Shown here one piece after another: positions 9,862 through 19,811 of a DNA stretch of 64,000 nucleotides; within the stretch, counting starts at the first letter, position 1, and every line of letters begins with the position of its first letter. The stretch is taken from assembly GCA_017535325.1 (NCBI GenBank), contig JAFXUC010000045.1:3169-67168 (forward strand), read 5' to 3'. The notes under the pieces were generated by a model. That model saw only the letters and a program-made list of their open reading frames with translations. It was not told where the DNA came from and did not search any database. This DNA comes from Bacteroidales bacterium. GTDB lineage: Bacteria > Bacteroidota > Bacteroidia > Bacteroidales > UBA3824. The position numbers were made by a program, and so were the translations under genes.

Positions 9862-10830
9862 ATGAAAACATTTGAAGAACTTTTATCACTCGTTAATTCT
9901 GAAATTGAGAATTTGAATTTTCCCTCTCAGCCGGAAAATTTTTACGCTCCCGTCAGATATATTCTTTCGCTCGGCGGCAAACGCATGCGCCCGGTTTTTA
10001 CGCTTATGGCGTGCAATCTTTTTTCCGATGACGTTTCCAAAGCAGTAAAACCCGCGCTCGGATTGGAAGTCTTTCATAATTTTACGCTTTTGCACGACGA
10101 TATTATGGACAACAGCAACCTCCGCCGCAAAAAGCCGACCGTCAACGCAAAATGGGGCGACAACATCGCAATCCTCTCCGGCGACGGCATGAGTTACATA
10201 GCCTCAAAACTCGTTGCAGAAAGTCCAAAGGAAGTAAAAGACAAGGTGCTTGACATTTTCTTTCAGACGGCGTTGGAGGTTTGCGAAGGTCAGCAGTACG
10301 ATATGGATTTTGAAAGCCGCGATGATGTTTCGCTCAAAGAATATTTGGAGATGATACGCCTTAAAACAGCCGTTTTGCCTGCCGCGTGTCTTAAAACCGG
10401 CGCGTTAATCGGCGGCGCAGACGACTCCCAGGCGCAAAAAATCTACGACGCCGGCATAAAAATCGGTTTGGCTTTTCAGTTGCAGGACGATTATTTGGAC
10501 AATTATTCCACGCCCGAAATTCTCGGCAAACCCGTCGGCGGCGATGTCAACGAGTGCAAAAAAACTGTTTTTTATACTCGCATGAATGAAGTCGTAGAAA
10601 ATGACAAAAAGCAAGAATGGATAAAATTTTACGAGAATAAAACGCTGACGTTCAACGACAAACACAATCAGGCAAAACTTTGGTTTAGAAAATACGGCGT
10701 TGACCTTTATTGTAAAGATTTAGTAGACCATTATTACAACGAGGCCTACAAAATCCTTGATTCAATGGATGTTAACAATATTTCCGTATTAAAAAACTTT
10801 GTTGAAAAACTCCGCGTAAGGATTTCTTAA
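9862..10830 (+). CDS. polyprenyl diphosphate synthase (trans-isoprenyl diphosphate synthase family)
   Basis: First and second Asp-rich motifs (LLHDDIMD; FQLQDDYLD). Start set at MKTFEELL. Confidence 0.85.
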   Translation: MKTFEELLSLVNSEIENLNFPSQPENFYAPVRYILSLGGKRMRPVFTLMACNLFSDDVSKAVKPALGLEVFHNFTLLHDDIMDNSNLRRKKPTVNAKWGDNIAILSGDGMSYIASKLVAESPKEVKDKVLDIFFQTALEVCEGQQYDMDFESRDDVSLKEYLEMIRLKTAVLPAACLKTGALIGGADDSQAQKIYDAGIKIGLAFQLQDDYLDNYSTPEILGKPVGGDVNECKKTVFYTRMNEVVENDKKQEWIKFYENKTLTFNDKHNQAKLWFRKYGVDLYCKDLVDHYYNEAYKILDSMDVNNISVLKNFVEKLRVRIS

Positions 10831-10835
10831 AAAAA

Positions 10836-11378
10836 ATGGTGATACTCGGAATTGACCCCGGCACTAACGTTATGGGTTACGGTGTAATCGAAAGCGAGGG
10901 TTCAAAAATAAAATGTCTTGCTGTCGGAGTACTTGATATTCACAAAGTTGAAGATAAGTATTTGAAGTTAAAGATGATATTCGACAGACTTACCGGTTTG
11001 TGCAAAAGTTTTCAGCCCGACTGTCTTTCGATTGAGGCACAATTCTACGAAAAAAATGCGCAGTCGATGCTCAAACTCGGACGCGCCCAAGGCGTTGCGA
11101 TTGCGGCGGCGGTAAACTTCGGCGTTGAAGTTTTTGAATACGAACCCCGCAAAATAAAACTCGCCGTTACGGGTTACGGCAACGCTTCTAAGGAGCAGAT
11201 AGCCAAGATGTTAATCGGCACGTTGAATTTGACGGAAGTTCCCGACAAGTTTGACGCAACCGACGCGCTTGCCGCCGCCGTTTGTCATCACTATCAAAAA
11301 CGTCTGCCCGCAGCCGCAAAAGGCGCAAACACTTGGGCGGCTTTTATCGCAAACAATCCGAACAGAATTGTGAAATGA
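10836..11378 (+). CDS. ruvC: crossover junction endodeoxyribonuclease RuvC
   Basis: ILGIDPGTNVMGYGVIE N-terminus, about 180 aa, with catalytic acidic residues positioned as in RuvC. Confidence 0.9.
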   Translation: MVILGIDPGTNVMGYGVIESEGSKIKCLAVGVLDIHKVEDKYLKLKMIFDRLTGLCKSFQPDCLSIEAQFYEKNAQSMLKLGRAQGVAIAAAVNFGVEVFEYEPRKIKLAVTGYGNASKEQIAKMLIGTLNLTEVPDKFDATDALAAAVCHHYQKRLPAAAKGANTWAAFIANNPNRIVK

Positions 11379-13204
11379 AGTTTTTTTATACACTTGTATT
11401 AACGTTTTTGTGGTTTAATGTCAACGCACAATTTACTCAGTATCCGTCATTCAACACAGTAAAAAAAGCCTGCGGCTTCGGGGAAAAAAAATTGTGCGTT
11501 TGTAATTTTTGTGCGTTTTTGATAGACCAGGACGGCGAAATTGAATATCTGACAAAGGGAAAACCGCTCACTTCGGCTCAGGTTTCGTGCGGCGGCGCGG
11601 ACTTTGGCGGAAAGTTTTTTGCTGTCGGTTATTTAAGCGGAGATTTGGATGTTTTCTTGGGGAAAGAAAAAATTTGCTTAAAGAATATTTCATTAGATAA
11701 CAGCAAAATAAATGATATTTATTGCAGCGATACTTTAATTATTGCAGCGTGCAATTCCGGCGTTGCGGTAGTGGACGTTGAAAAAAGAGAAGTAAAAAGT
11801 TTTTGCGGATTTTTGCAGCCGGTTTTAAAAGTACAAGTAATTGACAACCAAATTTTTGCAAAAACAGAAGATGCTGTTTATGCTGCCAGTTTGTCCGATT
11901 TGAATATTGAGGATTTTTACCGCTGGGTGGGGGTCGCAGACCCATTTTTAACAGAAAATGACGATATTGATTATTATAAAACCTTGATTAAAAATACGTT
12001 GGCTAATGACAACATCACTTTTTTAAAAAACTCGCCTGACGGAAAAATCTCTGTGGGCAAAGAATTTTGGTCGGAGATTTTTAACGGCGAAATTAAAAAT
12101 TTAAAAAATCCCGGCGGCGAAAATTTTACCACGGCGTTTTATAATCCTTATAATTCGTCGCACGTTTTTCTCGGCTCTGAAAGCGGCAAACTTTATGAAT
12201 ATAAGGATTTTACAGTAAAAGCCGAATACGATTTGCATGAAAAAATCATAGACATGGACTGCAATGCGGAAGGCGACTTGTTTATATTAAAAGAAAAATC
12301 TGTTTCGGTTTTTGACCATAACGGACTTTGGCACGAGGGCATGAAAATTTCCAACGCAAAGGCAATTAAAAAGATTTCTGACAACGTGTTTTGGATTTTA
12401 CGTGAAAATCAAGGAATTACGGCGGTAAATCTGGGTGGCACGCCGCTTGACTTTTCTGACGATGTTGTAAAAACGTTTTACCCGAAAACTTCCGGCGGAC
12501 AAAATATCGGCACTTTTGTAACGGATATTTCTGTGGCAAACGACGGCAAAATCTGGGTCGGCACCAACAAGGGCGTCTGCACAATTTCCAACCCTGACGA
12601 TGTTTTCAAAGACAGTTTCTATTTTGTAAAACCCATTGTAACAGAGACTTCCGACAAAGACGGCGACTATTCGCAGTACTTGTTAAGCACAAAACATGTT
12701 ACGGCAATAGAGTGCGACGGCAAAGGGCGGAAATGGATTTCGACCTTTGGCGCGGGCGTTTTTGTGGTTTCGGACTCCGGCGGCGAAGAGGTTTTGCGTT
12801 TCAGCGCGGACAATTCTCTTCTGCCTTCCGACACTGTTTATTTTATGAAATATTGCGGTAAGACGGGCGAAGTTTTTTTTGCGACGTCCTCCGGGTTATG
12901 CTCTTATATGACTGACACTCAGGACGCTCAAAACGGTTTGGACAACGTAAAAATCTATCCTAACCCCGTCAGGGAAAATTATGACGGCGAAATTTTTATC
13001 TCCGGTCTTGAAGACAACTGCGACATCAGGATAACGGACATTTCAGGAAAACTCGTTTATAAAACCGTCAGTCAGGGCGGAAAAATATCTTGGGACGGCA
13101 AAAACTTAAATTCAAACCGTTGTGCGACAGGGGTTTATTTGGTTTTTATAACGGGTCTGGACTCCAAAAACATTGCTGTAAAAAAACTGCTTATAATAAG
13201 GTAG
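11375..13204 (+). CDS. T9SS C-terminal-sorting-domain protein with beta-propeller (Reg_prop-like) repeats, possibly PorZ-like
   Basis: Signal peptide (FLWFNVNAQ); repeats such as GKIWVGTNKGV and GRKWISTFGAGVFV; C-terminal KIYPNPV...DIRITDISGKLVY...GVYLVFI matching the Por_Secre_tail pattern. The ATG overlaps the ruvC stop (ATGA). Confidence 0.7.
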   Translation: MKFFYTLVLTFLWFNVNAQFTQYPSFNTVKKACGFGEKKLCVCNFCAFLIDQDGEIEYLTKGKPLTSAQVSCGGADFGGKFFAVGYLSGDLDVFLGKEKICLKNISLDNSKINDIYCSDTLIIAACNSGVAVVDVEKREVKSFCGFLQPVLKVQVIDNQIFAKTEDAVYAASLSDLNIEDFYRWVGVADPFLTENDDIDYYKTLIKNTLANDNITFLKNSPDGKISVGKEFWSEIFNGEIKNLKNPGGENFTTAFYNPYNSSHVFLGSESGKLYEYKDFTVKAEYDLHEKIIDMDCNAEGDLFILKEKSVSVFDHNGLWHEGMKISNAKAIKKISDNVFWILRENQGITAVNLGGTPLDFSDDVVKTFYPKTSGGQNIGTFVTDISVANDGKIWVGTNKGVCTISNPDDVFKDSFYFVKPIVTETSDKDGDYSQYLLSTKHVTAIECDGKGRKWISTFGAGVFVVSDSGGEEVLRFSADNSLLPSDTVYFMKYCGKTGEVFFATSSGLCSYMTDTQDAQNGLDNVKIYPNPVRENYDGEIFISGLEDNCDIRITDISGKLVYKTVSQGGKISWDGKNLNSNRCATGVYLVFITGLDSKNIAVKKLLIIR

Positions 13205-13268
13205 TTTTTATTTGCGGGTTTCAGAAAAAAGTTTTAACTTTCGCCTTTGTTTACAAAGGATAAAAGTT

Positions 13269-14237
13269 ATGAAAAATCTTACTGTCAGTCATAATTCTAT
13301 AAAACAGAGCCTTTTGAGCAGTTTAATCAACTCCCGCGACGAAGAAAATCAAAGGTACAACAACATCAAAGCGAGCCTTTTGAACAATGCGTCGGTTTTT
13401 CCCGTCAACGAAAAATTTGATATTGAGGCTTTTAAAAAGGATTTGAAGACTTTTTTTGACGGCACGTTGAAAATCAAAACCGAAGAAGAAACATTCGGAG
13501 ACGACATTTTTGCGTTTTCGTTTTCGCCGGTGGGTTTCGGGCTGATGAAAAAGAGCATTGTTTTTATGCTTTATGATTTTCACCTTTATATAAACGACGT
13601 TCCGCAAAAGGAAATCGAAAACGCCAATTACACCGAAAACAAAATCGCCGGACTGCTCTCCATGGGCAAGACCGAGCAGATTTATGCTTTTGCCGAAGAT
13701 TATGTTCTGGGACTTTACCCTCAGGAAATCCGCGAAACAGCCAAACCTCAGGGACGTTATTTTCTCTCCGGAAGCGACGGTATGTCGGCGGTTTTGGCAA
13801 GTCATCTGGAAGAAGGCGAGTTGGTTTTGGCAAAACTCGACATTTTCAGGGTTGAGCAGTCAAAGTCAAACGCGCAGATTTCAGAATCGGACAACGCTTT
13901 TTATGTTTTAACCACCCTCGGCGCGTATCTTTTTGTCTTGGACAGAAATTTTCAGGAAAAATACATCGAGACTCTCTCTTTTGAACAGATGAAAGTCTAT
14001 TCCAGAATCGGCAGGGACACCGTTACTGCCGGCACTACAAAATGGGTTACAAACCGCGACAACGATTTTCTCTTTGACGAAATCCAACTTCTCAACAACA
14101 AAACTCAGGAAGAAAAACTTTATGAAATATCCGTTTTGCATTTCAACAATGGCGAAAAAGACAGGGCGGCTATTTTTGCGGGAGTTTTGGCAAAACTGAC
14201 AAAATTGCCGTTGACTTTTTTGCCGCTTCGGTCTTGA
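13269..14237 (+). CDS. hypothetical protein
   Basis: Long ORF with no signal peptide and no recognised motif. Start set at the first ATG (MKNLTV). Confidence 0.5.
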   Translation: MKNLTVSHNSIKQSLLSSLINSRDEENQRYNNIKASLLNNASVFPVNEKFDIEAFKKDLKTFFDGTLKIKTEEETFGDDIFAFSFSPVGFGLMKKSIVFMLYDFHLYINDVPQKEIENANYTENKIAGLLSMGKTEQIYAFAEDYVLGLYPQEIRETAKPQGRYFLSGSDGMSAVLASHLEEGELVLAKLDIFRVEQSKSNAQISESDNAFYVLTTLGAYLFVLDRNFQEKYIETLSFEQMKVYSRIGRDTVTAGTTKWVTNRDNDFLFDEIQLLNNKTQEEKLYEISVLHFNNGEKDRAAIFAGVLAKLTKLPLTFLPLRS

Positions 14238-15739
14238 AGTTCAGCGGCGGGCTTTCGCTCGGCAAAATTGACGCTGAGGCGGCAGGCGAACTGATTGAAA
14301 AAGCAAACTCCCTGTTTTCGGAAAACAGTCTGGAAGAAAAACTTAAAACTTTTCTTTCCAAGTTTAATTTCGGGAAAAACGAGGTTTTGAGCCTTATTTA
14401 TGTTGTCTCGCGGATTAGAAACAGGATTGCCGACACGGAAAAGTTCAGGGAAATTCTCCTGATGCTGAAAGAAAAATATTTCAAAACCGACTCCTCGGAT
14501 TTGAACCGCGCTTTTGTAGAACTCGGAATCGCAAAAAAATTAGTCTGTGTTTTGGAAAAAGACTCTGCGCAGAAACTTTTGGAAAACGTTACGGAAAAGG
14601 TTTCCAAAAAGAGTTTTCCCGACATTCCAAACCTTCTGAACCTCTGCGCGTTGAAGGAAATCATCAAAACCGTTAAAACCGACAAGGAAAAACTGAAATA
14701 CACAAAACTTTGCGCTTTGGAGTTGCCCCAAGAGACTCAAAATCTGGAAGACTGGGCAAAACTTGCCGACGAAGAAACCTCAGAACGCATAAAACTTGCA
14801 CTGTCGGCTTTGTACAAGGAAAAATTTTACAGTGTTTCGTCCTTTGAGACAAGGCACGAGGAATATACGGCAAAATTTTCGGCGTTTTCCATGAAGGATT
14901 TTTCACCGTTTGTCCGTTACGGCGCAAGATATGCCGACCTGAAAAACTGGACGCAGAAAGTCTCTGTCAACAATTCTGTTTCGTCGGTTTTGAGTTATGC
15001 CGAAGAGGTCAAAGAGGAAAAATATCCGCAGTTGTACGCCATATTTGAAGAGTGCAAGAGTTTTTTTGAAATGCCGGAAGTGAAGATTTACGTGATTTTC
15101 AACCGCAACCAGGGCGTTTTTTCAAATGACGACGAAACGGGAAAATACATTGTCGTTGACGGTGAAATGCTTGACAACGAAAACGACAACTACATGAATT
15201 ATCCTCAGATGTCTTTTCTTTTGGCAAAAGAGTTTGCAAATTTGAGTTTCGGATTCTCTAAAATATTTTCTCGTCAGCAGTTCAGAAATTTTACTGTCCT
15301 GGGACTGCCCGCCCTTGACGTGGTCTCGGAGTTTGCCCCGGAGCCGAAATTTCTGTCAGAGGATTTGAAAACGTATTTCAAACTTATAAAATTCAACTCT
15401 CTTATAGAAAGTTTTCCGTCATATTTTGATTTTGACATCTCTGACACGCAACTTTGTGCCGAAATGTTGGAAAAAACTTTGGAGACAATTACCTTTGAGG
15501 GCGTGGACAAGACAGCAAATGTGAAGGAAAAAGAGTATTCGGCGGCGGTTTTTATGGCAAATTCCATCACCGATTGCGCGGCTTTGATGTTTACCGGCGA
15601 CTTGATTTTTAGCGTAAAGGCCATAATTGCCAATGACAAGCCTCAAAAAGATGATTTTTCCAAGCGTCTTGATGCTATGTTAAAATATTATCTTTCAGAA
15701 GATTATACGGACGATAAAAAATATTTGCAAAAAAAGTAA
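14234..15739 (+). CDS. hypothetical protein
   Basis: 501-codon ORF. Its TTG start overlaps the upstream stop (TTGA). No family recognised. Confidence 0.5.
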   Translation: MKFSGGLSLGKIDAEAAGELIEKANSLFSENSLEEKLKTFLSKFNFGKNEVLSLIYVVSRIRNRIADTEKFREILLMLKEKYFKTDSSDLNRAFVELGIAKKLVCVLEKDSAQKLLENVTEKVSKKSFPDIPNLLNLCALKEIIKTVKTDKEKLKYTKLCALELPQETQNLEDWAKLADEETSERIKLALSALYKEKFYSVSSFETRHEEYTAKFSAFSMKDFSPFVRYGARYADLKNWTQKVSVNNSVSSVLSYAEEVKEEKYPQLYAIFEECKSFFEMPEVKIYVIFNRNQGVFSNDDETGKYIVVDGEMLDNENDNYMNYPQMSFLLAKEFANLSFGFSKIFSRQQFRNFTVLGLPALDVVSEFAPEPKFLSEDLKTYFKLIKFNSLIESFPSYFDFDISDTQLCAEMLEKTLETITFEGVDKTANVKEKEYSAAVFMANSITDCAALMFTGDLIFSVKAIIANDKPQKDDFSKRLDAMLKYYLSEDYTDDKKYLQKK

Positions 15740-15770
15740 AAAAAAATTTTGCAGAATTAAAAATCCTGTT

Positions 15771-15778
15771 TACCTTTG
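15771..15778 (+). promoter_or_regulatory. -7 box TACCTTTG upstream of tRNA-Glu
   Basis: Exact TAnnTTTG match about 24 nt before the tRNA 5' end. Confidence 0.5.
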
Positions 15779-15801
15779 CAACGCAAAAAGCAAAAGACGA
15801 T

Positions 15802-15873
15802 GGTCCTTTCGTCTAGAGGCTAGGACGCAAGATTTTCATTCTTGTAACACGGGTTCGATTCCCGTAGGGACTA
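15802..15873 (+). tRNA. tRNA-Glu (anticodon TTC)
   Basis: Cloverleaf folded by hand: acceptor GGTCCTT/AGGGACT, D-arm GTCTAGAGGCTAGGAC, anticodon stem CAAGA/TCTTG with loop TTTTCAT, T-arm ACGGGTTCGATTCCCGT. Close to the E. coli tRNA-Glu layout. Confidence 0.9.
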
Positions 15874-15876
15874 CAA

Positions 15877-15914
15877 ACGGTCAGGGTTTATGGTGGAATC
15901 CTGACCGTTTTTTG
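15877..15914 (+). terminator. rho-independent terminator after tRNA-Glu
   Basis: ACGGTCAGG ... CCTGACCGT hairpin followed by TTTTTT. Confidence 0.7.
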
Positions 15915-15942
15915 TTTATTTAAAACATAAAAAACAGCAAAA

Positions 15943-16578
15943 ATGTTGACACTTGAAGAATATATAGAAAATCATACGACGGCGGAAGACGAGGTTTTGG
16001 TTTGGCTGAGACGGAAAACCAATCTTACCACAACCATGCCCCGGCAACTTTCAGGTCAGGTGCAGGGCAAGTTGCTGGAATTTTTTTCGCGTATGATTGC
16101 CCCTGAAAATATTCTTGAAATAGGAACTTTTACCGGCTATTCCGCGTACTGCCTTTCAAAAGGCTTGAAACCGGGCGGCAGGCTTTATACAATCGAAATC
16201 GAAGACGAACTCGAAGATCATTTAAAGGAGTTTTTTTCCATGGCTGGAATTTCCGATAAGGTCGTCCTTAAAATAGGCGACGGTGCTGAAATAGTCAACG
16301 AGTTTGGTTTTAAGTTTGATATGGCTTTTATTGACGGCGACAAGCGTCAGTATCCGCTTTATTACAAAAATGTTTTCGACAAAATAAAAATAGGCGGTTA
16401 TATGCTGATTGACAACGTTTTGTGGTACGACAAGGTTGTCTCTCAGGTTAAGGAAAACGATACTTACACCAAGGGCATAATAGAACTTAACGACATCATC
16501 CAGAACGACAAAAGGGTTGAGAATGTGCTTTTGCCGCTAAGGGACGGTCTTATGGTTGTAAGAAAAATCAGTGATTAA
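15943..16578 (+). CDS. class I SAM-dependent O-methyltransferase (caffeoyl-CoA OMT / YrrM family)
   Basis: ILEIGTFTGYSA SAM motif and the DMAFIDGDK motif, about 211 aa. Confidence 0.85.
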   Translation: MLTLEEYIENHTTAEDEVLVWLRRKTNLTTTMPRQLSGQVQGKLLEFFSRMIAPENILEIGTFTGYSAYCLSKGLKPGGRLYTIEIEDELEDHLKEFFSMAGISDKVVLKIGDGAEIVNEFGFKFDMAFIDGDKRQYPLYYKNVFDKIKIGGYMLIDNVLWYDKVVSQVKENDTYTKGIIELNDIIQNDKRVENVLLPLRDGLMVVRKISD

Positions 16579-16607
16579 AAAACTTATTTTTGAAAATTAA
16601 AAATGCT

Positions 16608-19382
16608 ATGAAACCTCTTGGAAGAACTTTATTGACGGCGGCAGCGTGTTTGATTGCCGGTGTTTCATCCGCGCAGAAAACTATGAGCGGCATAATTTAC
16701 GACAACGAGCACAATCCGCTCAGCGGTGCGGTGGTTATTGTTGAAGGTACCAAGGTTTTGACTCTTTCCAACATGGACGGTGCTTATTATATTGTCGTCC
16801 CGAAAGAATACGAAAACGGCAATGTTTTGTTTCGTTACATCGGTTTTGCAGAACACAGCGAACCGGTTGTGGAGGGTACTAAAAATATAACTCTGGAAAT
16901 CGAAAACCAGAAAGAGTTTGAAGACGTGTTCGTAAGTACGCAGAAGCGTTTGCAGTCGAGTGTCGAAGTGCCTATTGCGGTTACGGTTATCGACCAGCCC
17001 AAACTCAACGAAATCAACACCATTCAGGTTGACGATGTCAGCGGTATTGCTCCGGGTTTCAACGCCATTATTCAGGGTCAGAACAAAGGAGGTTTTTCTA
17101 TCCGGGGCGTTACTTCCGACGGTTTGGAGAGTTTTTTCCAGCCGCGAATTTCCGTGTTTATCAACGGCGTATCTTCGGCGCGTTTGCAGAGTTCCATTGT
17201 CGAGTTGTTTGACATGGAGCGTATAGAGGTCGTAAAAGGTCCTCAGGGAACGCTTTTCGGACGAAGTGCTGAAATCGGCGCGGTGCATTACATCACAAAA
17301 CGTCCTCAAAGAGACACTTCGGCTATGCTGAGCCTTAATTACGGCGGTTACAACCAGAGAGGCGCACAGGGCATGGTTAATTTTATTGCGGGAGAAAAAT
17401 TCGCAAACCGTTTTGCCTTTTCATACGACTATCATGACGGTTACATAAAAAATTACGCCGGCGGCACTTTGAACGGCAAAAGCGCAATCGCCCTTAGAAA
17501 CTCTCTGAGTTATTTTCAGAACGACAAATCCAAGTTCAATCTTATTCTTGACTACGAATACGACGACACGCCGGGTATCTGTTTTAAATCGAAACAAGTA
17601 GCCCCTGAGGGCGGCGACGGTTCGCCTTTTTCGGCGGCTTATCTTAACGGCGGCGAAGAGTTGGGCGTTAAGCGTCATTTGTTCGGTCTGACTTTGGAGT
17701 ATGACAAGGAACTTAACTCACAGTTTAATATTTCCAACACTTTCGGAATAAGGGGCGCGTATGCCGACGAGTATTTTGACGGCGACGGCTGCTATCTTCA
17801 ACTTCTTTATGCGAAGGAGGTGGCTGACGTGCTGCAATTCAGCGAGGAGTTCCGTCTCAACTGGACAAACGGCAGCAATCTCAACGGTTTTGTGGGCGTA
17901 GGCGCGATGTATGAAAACTGCAAACACTCGCTTAATATCGCATCAGCCCAAAGCTCTTTGTTTCCGGTCTGTGTGGCACCGTCGTTGAAAGCAAAAATGT
18001 CGGGACTTCCCGCCACGGTTGCAACCAACATAACTGAAACTATCAGACAGGCTTTGCCGATGTTGCAGTCTATGGGGCTTAATCTCAGCGAGGAGATGCT
18101 CGGAATGATTTCGGCGGAACTTGAAAGCCAGTTAAATTCAAGACTTGACACATGGTTTGAGAATACTACCAAATGGGAGAAAACTCCTGATTTTGCCGGC
18201 GACACAAAGGCTACGGTAGTAAACGTTTTGGTCAACTCTCTTGCGCAGATGATTGGCAGCAAAGAGGCGGCTCAGCAGATGGTCGGAGGATTTTCTTCAC
18301 AACTTGACGGCGCGTTATCGGAGATAGAACAACTTTCCAATATTAAAATGGACGACAATTATTCCGAAGACCAGACCAATTACGCGCGGAATTTCGAGTC
18401 GGATATTTTTGCCGATTTCAACTGGAATGTCATAGGCGGTTTGTATTTTACGCTTGGTCTGCGCAGTACGTATGAAATACAGAAATCGGGTTATCTTTCA
18501 ACTGCGATGACCGCGCCGATAGTCGGAACAATGATTTACAAGTCCACCAACGGCGAAACGGTTTGGACAGACGGCAATTATTTCTCGTGGGTAGGCCGTT
18601 TTATCACCAACTATATGATTGACAAAACCAACAACGTATACCTCTCTTTTTCAAAAGGCAGACGTCCGGGCGTGGTTTACTTTGATTATTCAGCCGACGA
18701 CATCGTAAAACTCCGTGCCGAGGAAATTTACAACGCCGAGTTGGGATTGAAAGGAAGTATTTTCAAAAACTCTCTTTCGTATTCTTTGGCGGCATATCTT
18801 TACAACTGGAAACATTTTCAGAGTACAACCTCTTACGTAACAGCCGACGGCGCATACGCTTACGACAACAACGACAAAGGTAAGGCAAACGGTGCCGGAG
18901 TGGAGGCTTCCATGAAATATTATTTCAAACGTTATGTAACGCTTTTTGCCGATTACAACTATTTCAACGGCAAGTTTGCCGACGAAGACGAAGACGGCAA
19001 TCCCCAGAAACTGGCTGGCAACCGTTTCCGTTTGTCTCCTGATTACAGTTTTGACATGGGACTTGACGTGAACATTCCTGTAAGGAACAAATTCAACGTT
19101 TATTTCCGTCCGAATTATATCGCAAAAGGAAAGATGTTTTTTGAGGACTCCAATTTGCCGGGACTTTTTCAGGACGAATACGGTGTTATGAACGCGACAC
19201 TCGGCATTCAGTTCAAAAAGAACCGCATGAGTTATGATTTTGCGCTCTGGGGCAAAAACATTACGAACACCGAATATATAATAGACGCAGGAAACGCCGG
19301 ACAGACAATCGGTTTTCCGACATTCGTTGCCGGTGCGCCCGCAAATTTCGGCGTAAAATTAACGGTAGGATTCAATAATTAG
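16608..19382 (+). CDS. TonB-dependent receptor with N-terminal CarboxypepD_reg-like domain
   Basis: Signal peptide, SGIIYD..PLSGAVVIVEGT (carboxypeptidase-regulatory-like), a plug region (IERIEVVKGPQGTLFG) and a long beta-barrel. No SusD-like gene follows. Confidence 0.85.
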   Translation: MKPLGRTLLTAAACLIAGVSSAQKTMSGIIYDNEHNPLSGAVVIVEGTKVLTLSNMDGAYYIVVPKEYENGNVLFRYIGFAEHSEPVVEGTKNITLEIENQKEFEDVFVSTQKRLQSSVEVPIAVTVIDQPKLNEINTIQVDDVSGIAPGFNAIIQGQNKGGFSIRGVTSDGLESFFQPRISVFINGVSSARLQSSIVELFDMERIEVVKGPQGTLFGRSAEIGAVHYITKRPQRDTSAMLSLNYGGYNQRGAQGMVNFIAGEKFANRFAFSYDYHDGYIKNYAGGTLNGKSAIALRNSLSYFQNDKSKFNLILDYEYDDTPGICFKSKQVAPEGGDGSPFSAAYLNGGEELGVKRHLFGLTLEYDKELNSQFNISNTFGIRGAYADEYFDGDGCYLQLLYAKEVADVLQFSEEFRLNWTNGSNLNGFVGVGAMYENCKHSLNIASAQSSLFPVCVAPSLKAKMSGLPATVATNITETIRQALPMLQSMGLNLSEEMLGMISAELESQLNSRLDTWFENTTKWEKTPDFAGDTKATVVNVLVNSLAQMIGSKEAAQQMVGGFSSQLDGALSEIEQLSNIKMDDNYSEDQTNYARNFESDIFADFNWNVIGGLYFTLGLRSTYEIQKSGYLSTAMTAPIVGTMIYKSTNGETVWTDGNYFSWVGRFITNYMIDKTNNVYLSFSKGRRPGVVYFDYSADDIVKLRAEEIYNAELGLKGSIFKNSLSYSLAAYLYNWKHFQSTTSYVTADGAYAYDNNDKGKANGAGVEASMKYYFKRYVTLFADYNYFNGKFADEDEDGNPQKLAGNRFRLSPDYSFDMGLDVNIPVRNKFNVYFRPNYIAKGKMFFEDSNLPGLFQDEYGVMNATLGIQFKKNRMSYDFALWGKNITNTEYIIDAGNAGQTIGFPTFVAGAPANFGVKLTVGFNN

Positions 19383-19404
19383 GATTAGAAAAACAAAAAT
19401 AAAT

Positions 19405-19452
19405 GCGGTTTGGATAAGTGTTAAAAACAGTCCAAACCGCTTATTTTTTTTT
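19405..19452 (+). terminator. rho-independent terminator after the TonB-dependent receptor gene
   Basis: Perfect 10-bp stem GCGGTTTGGA / TCCAAACCGC followed by a long T-run. Confidence 0.75.
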
Positions 19453-19811
19453 AAGCATTCTATAAAATAGTAAGGTCGGTTTTGATTTCTAAGTAGTTTT
19501 TCATCTTTGTTTCATTTTAACTGAAAGCGATGCCTAATGCGATAAAAAAGATAAAAAACAATGTTGCTTGATGTCTGCTCATTTTCATTTATTTTTAATG
19601 GTTTAACAAATATTCTTTTGCTTATTACTATTACCAAAGTCGTACCAAAAAATAATTTCAAATCAAAAAAATATTAAATTTTTTTATTGGTTAGCGTATG
19701 ATGTGCGGGGTAAAAAAGAGAATAATATTTAACAGATTTTAACAGTATTTTTCTGCAATTTTACTAAAAAAGTTAATACATTTATAATTTGAAATTTAAT
19801 TAGTGATTACT

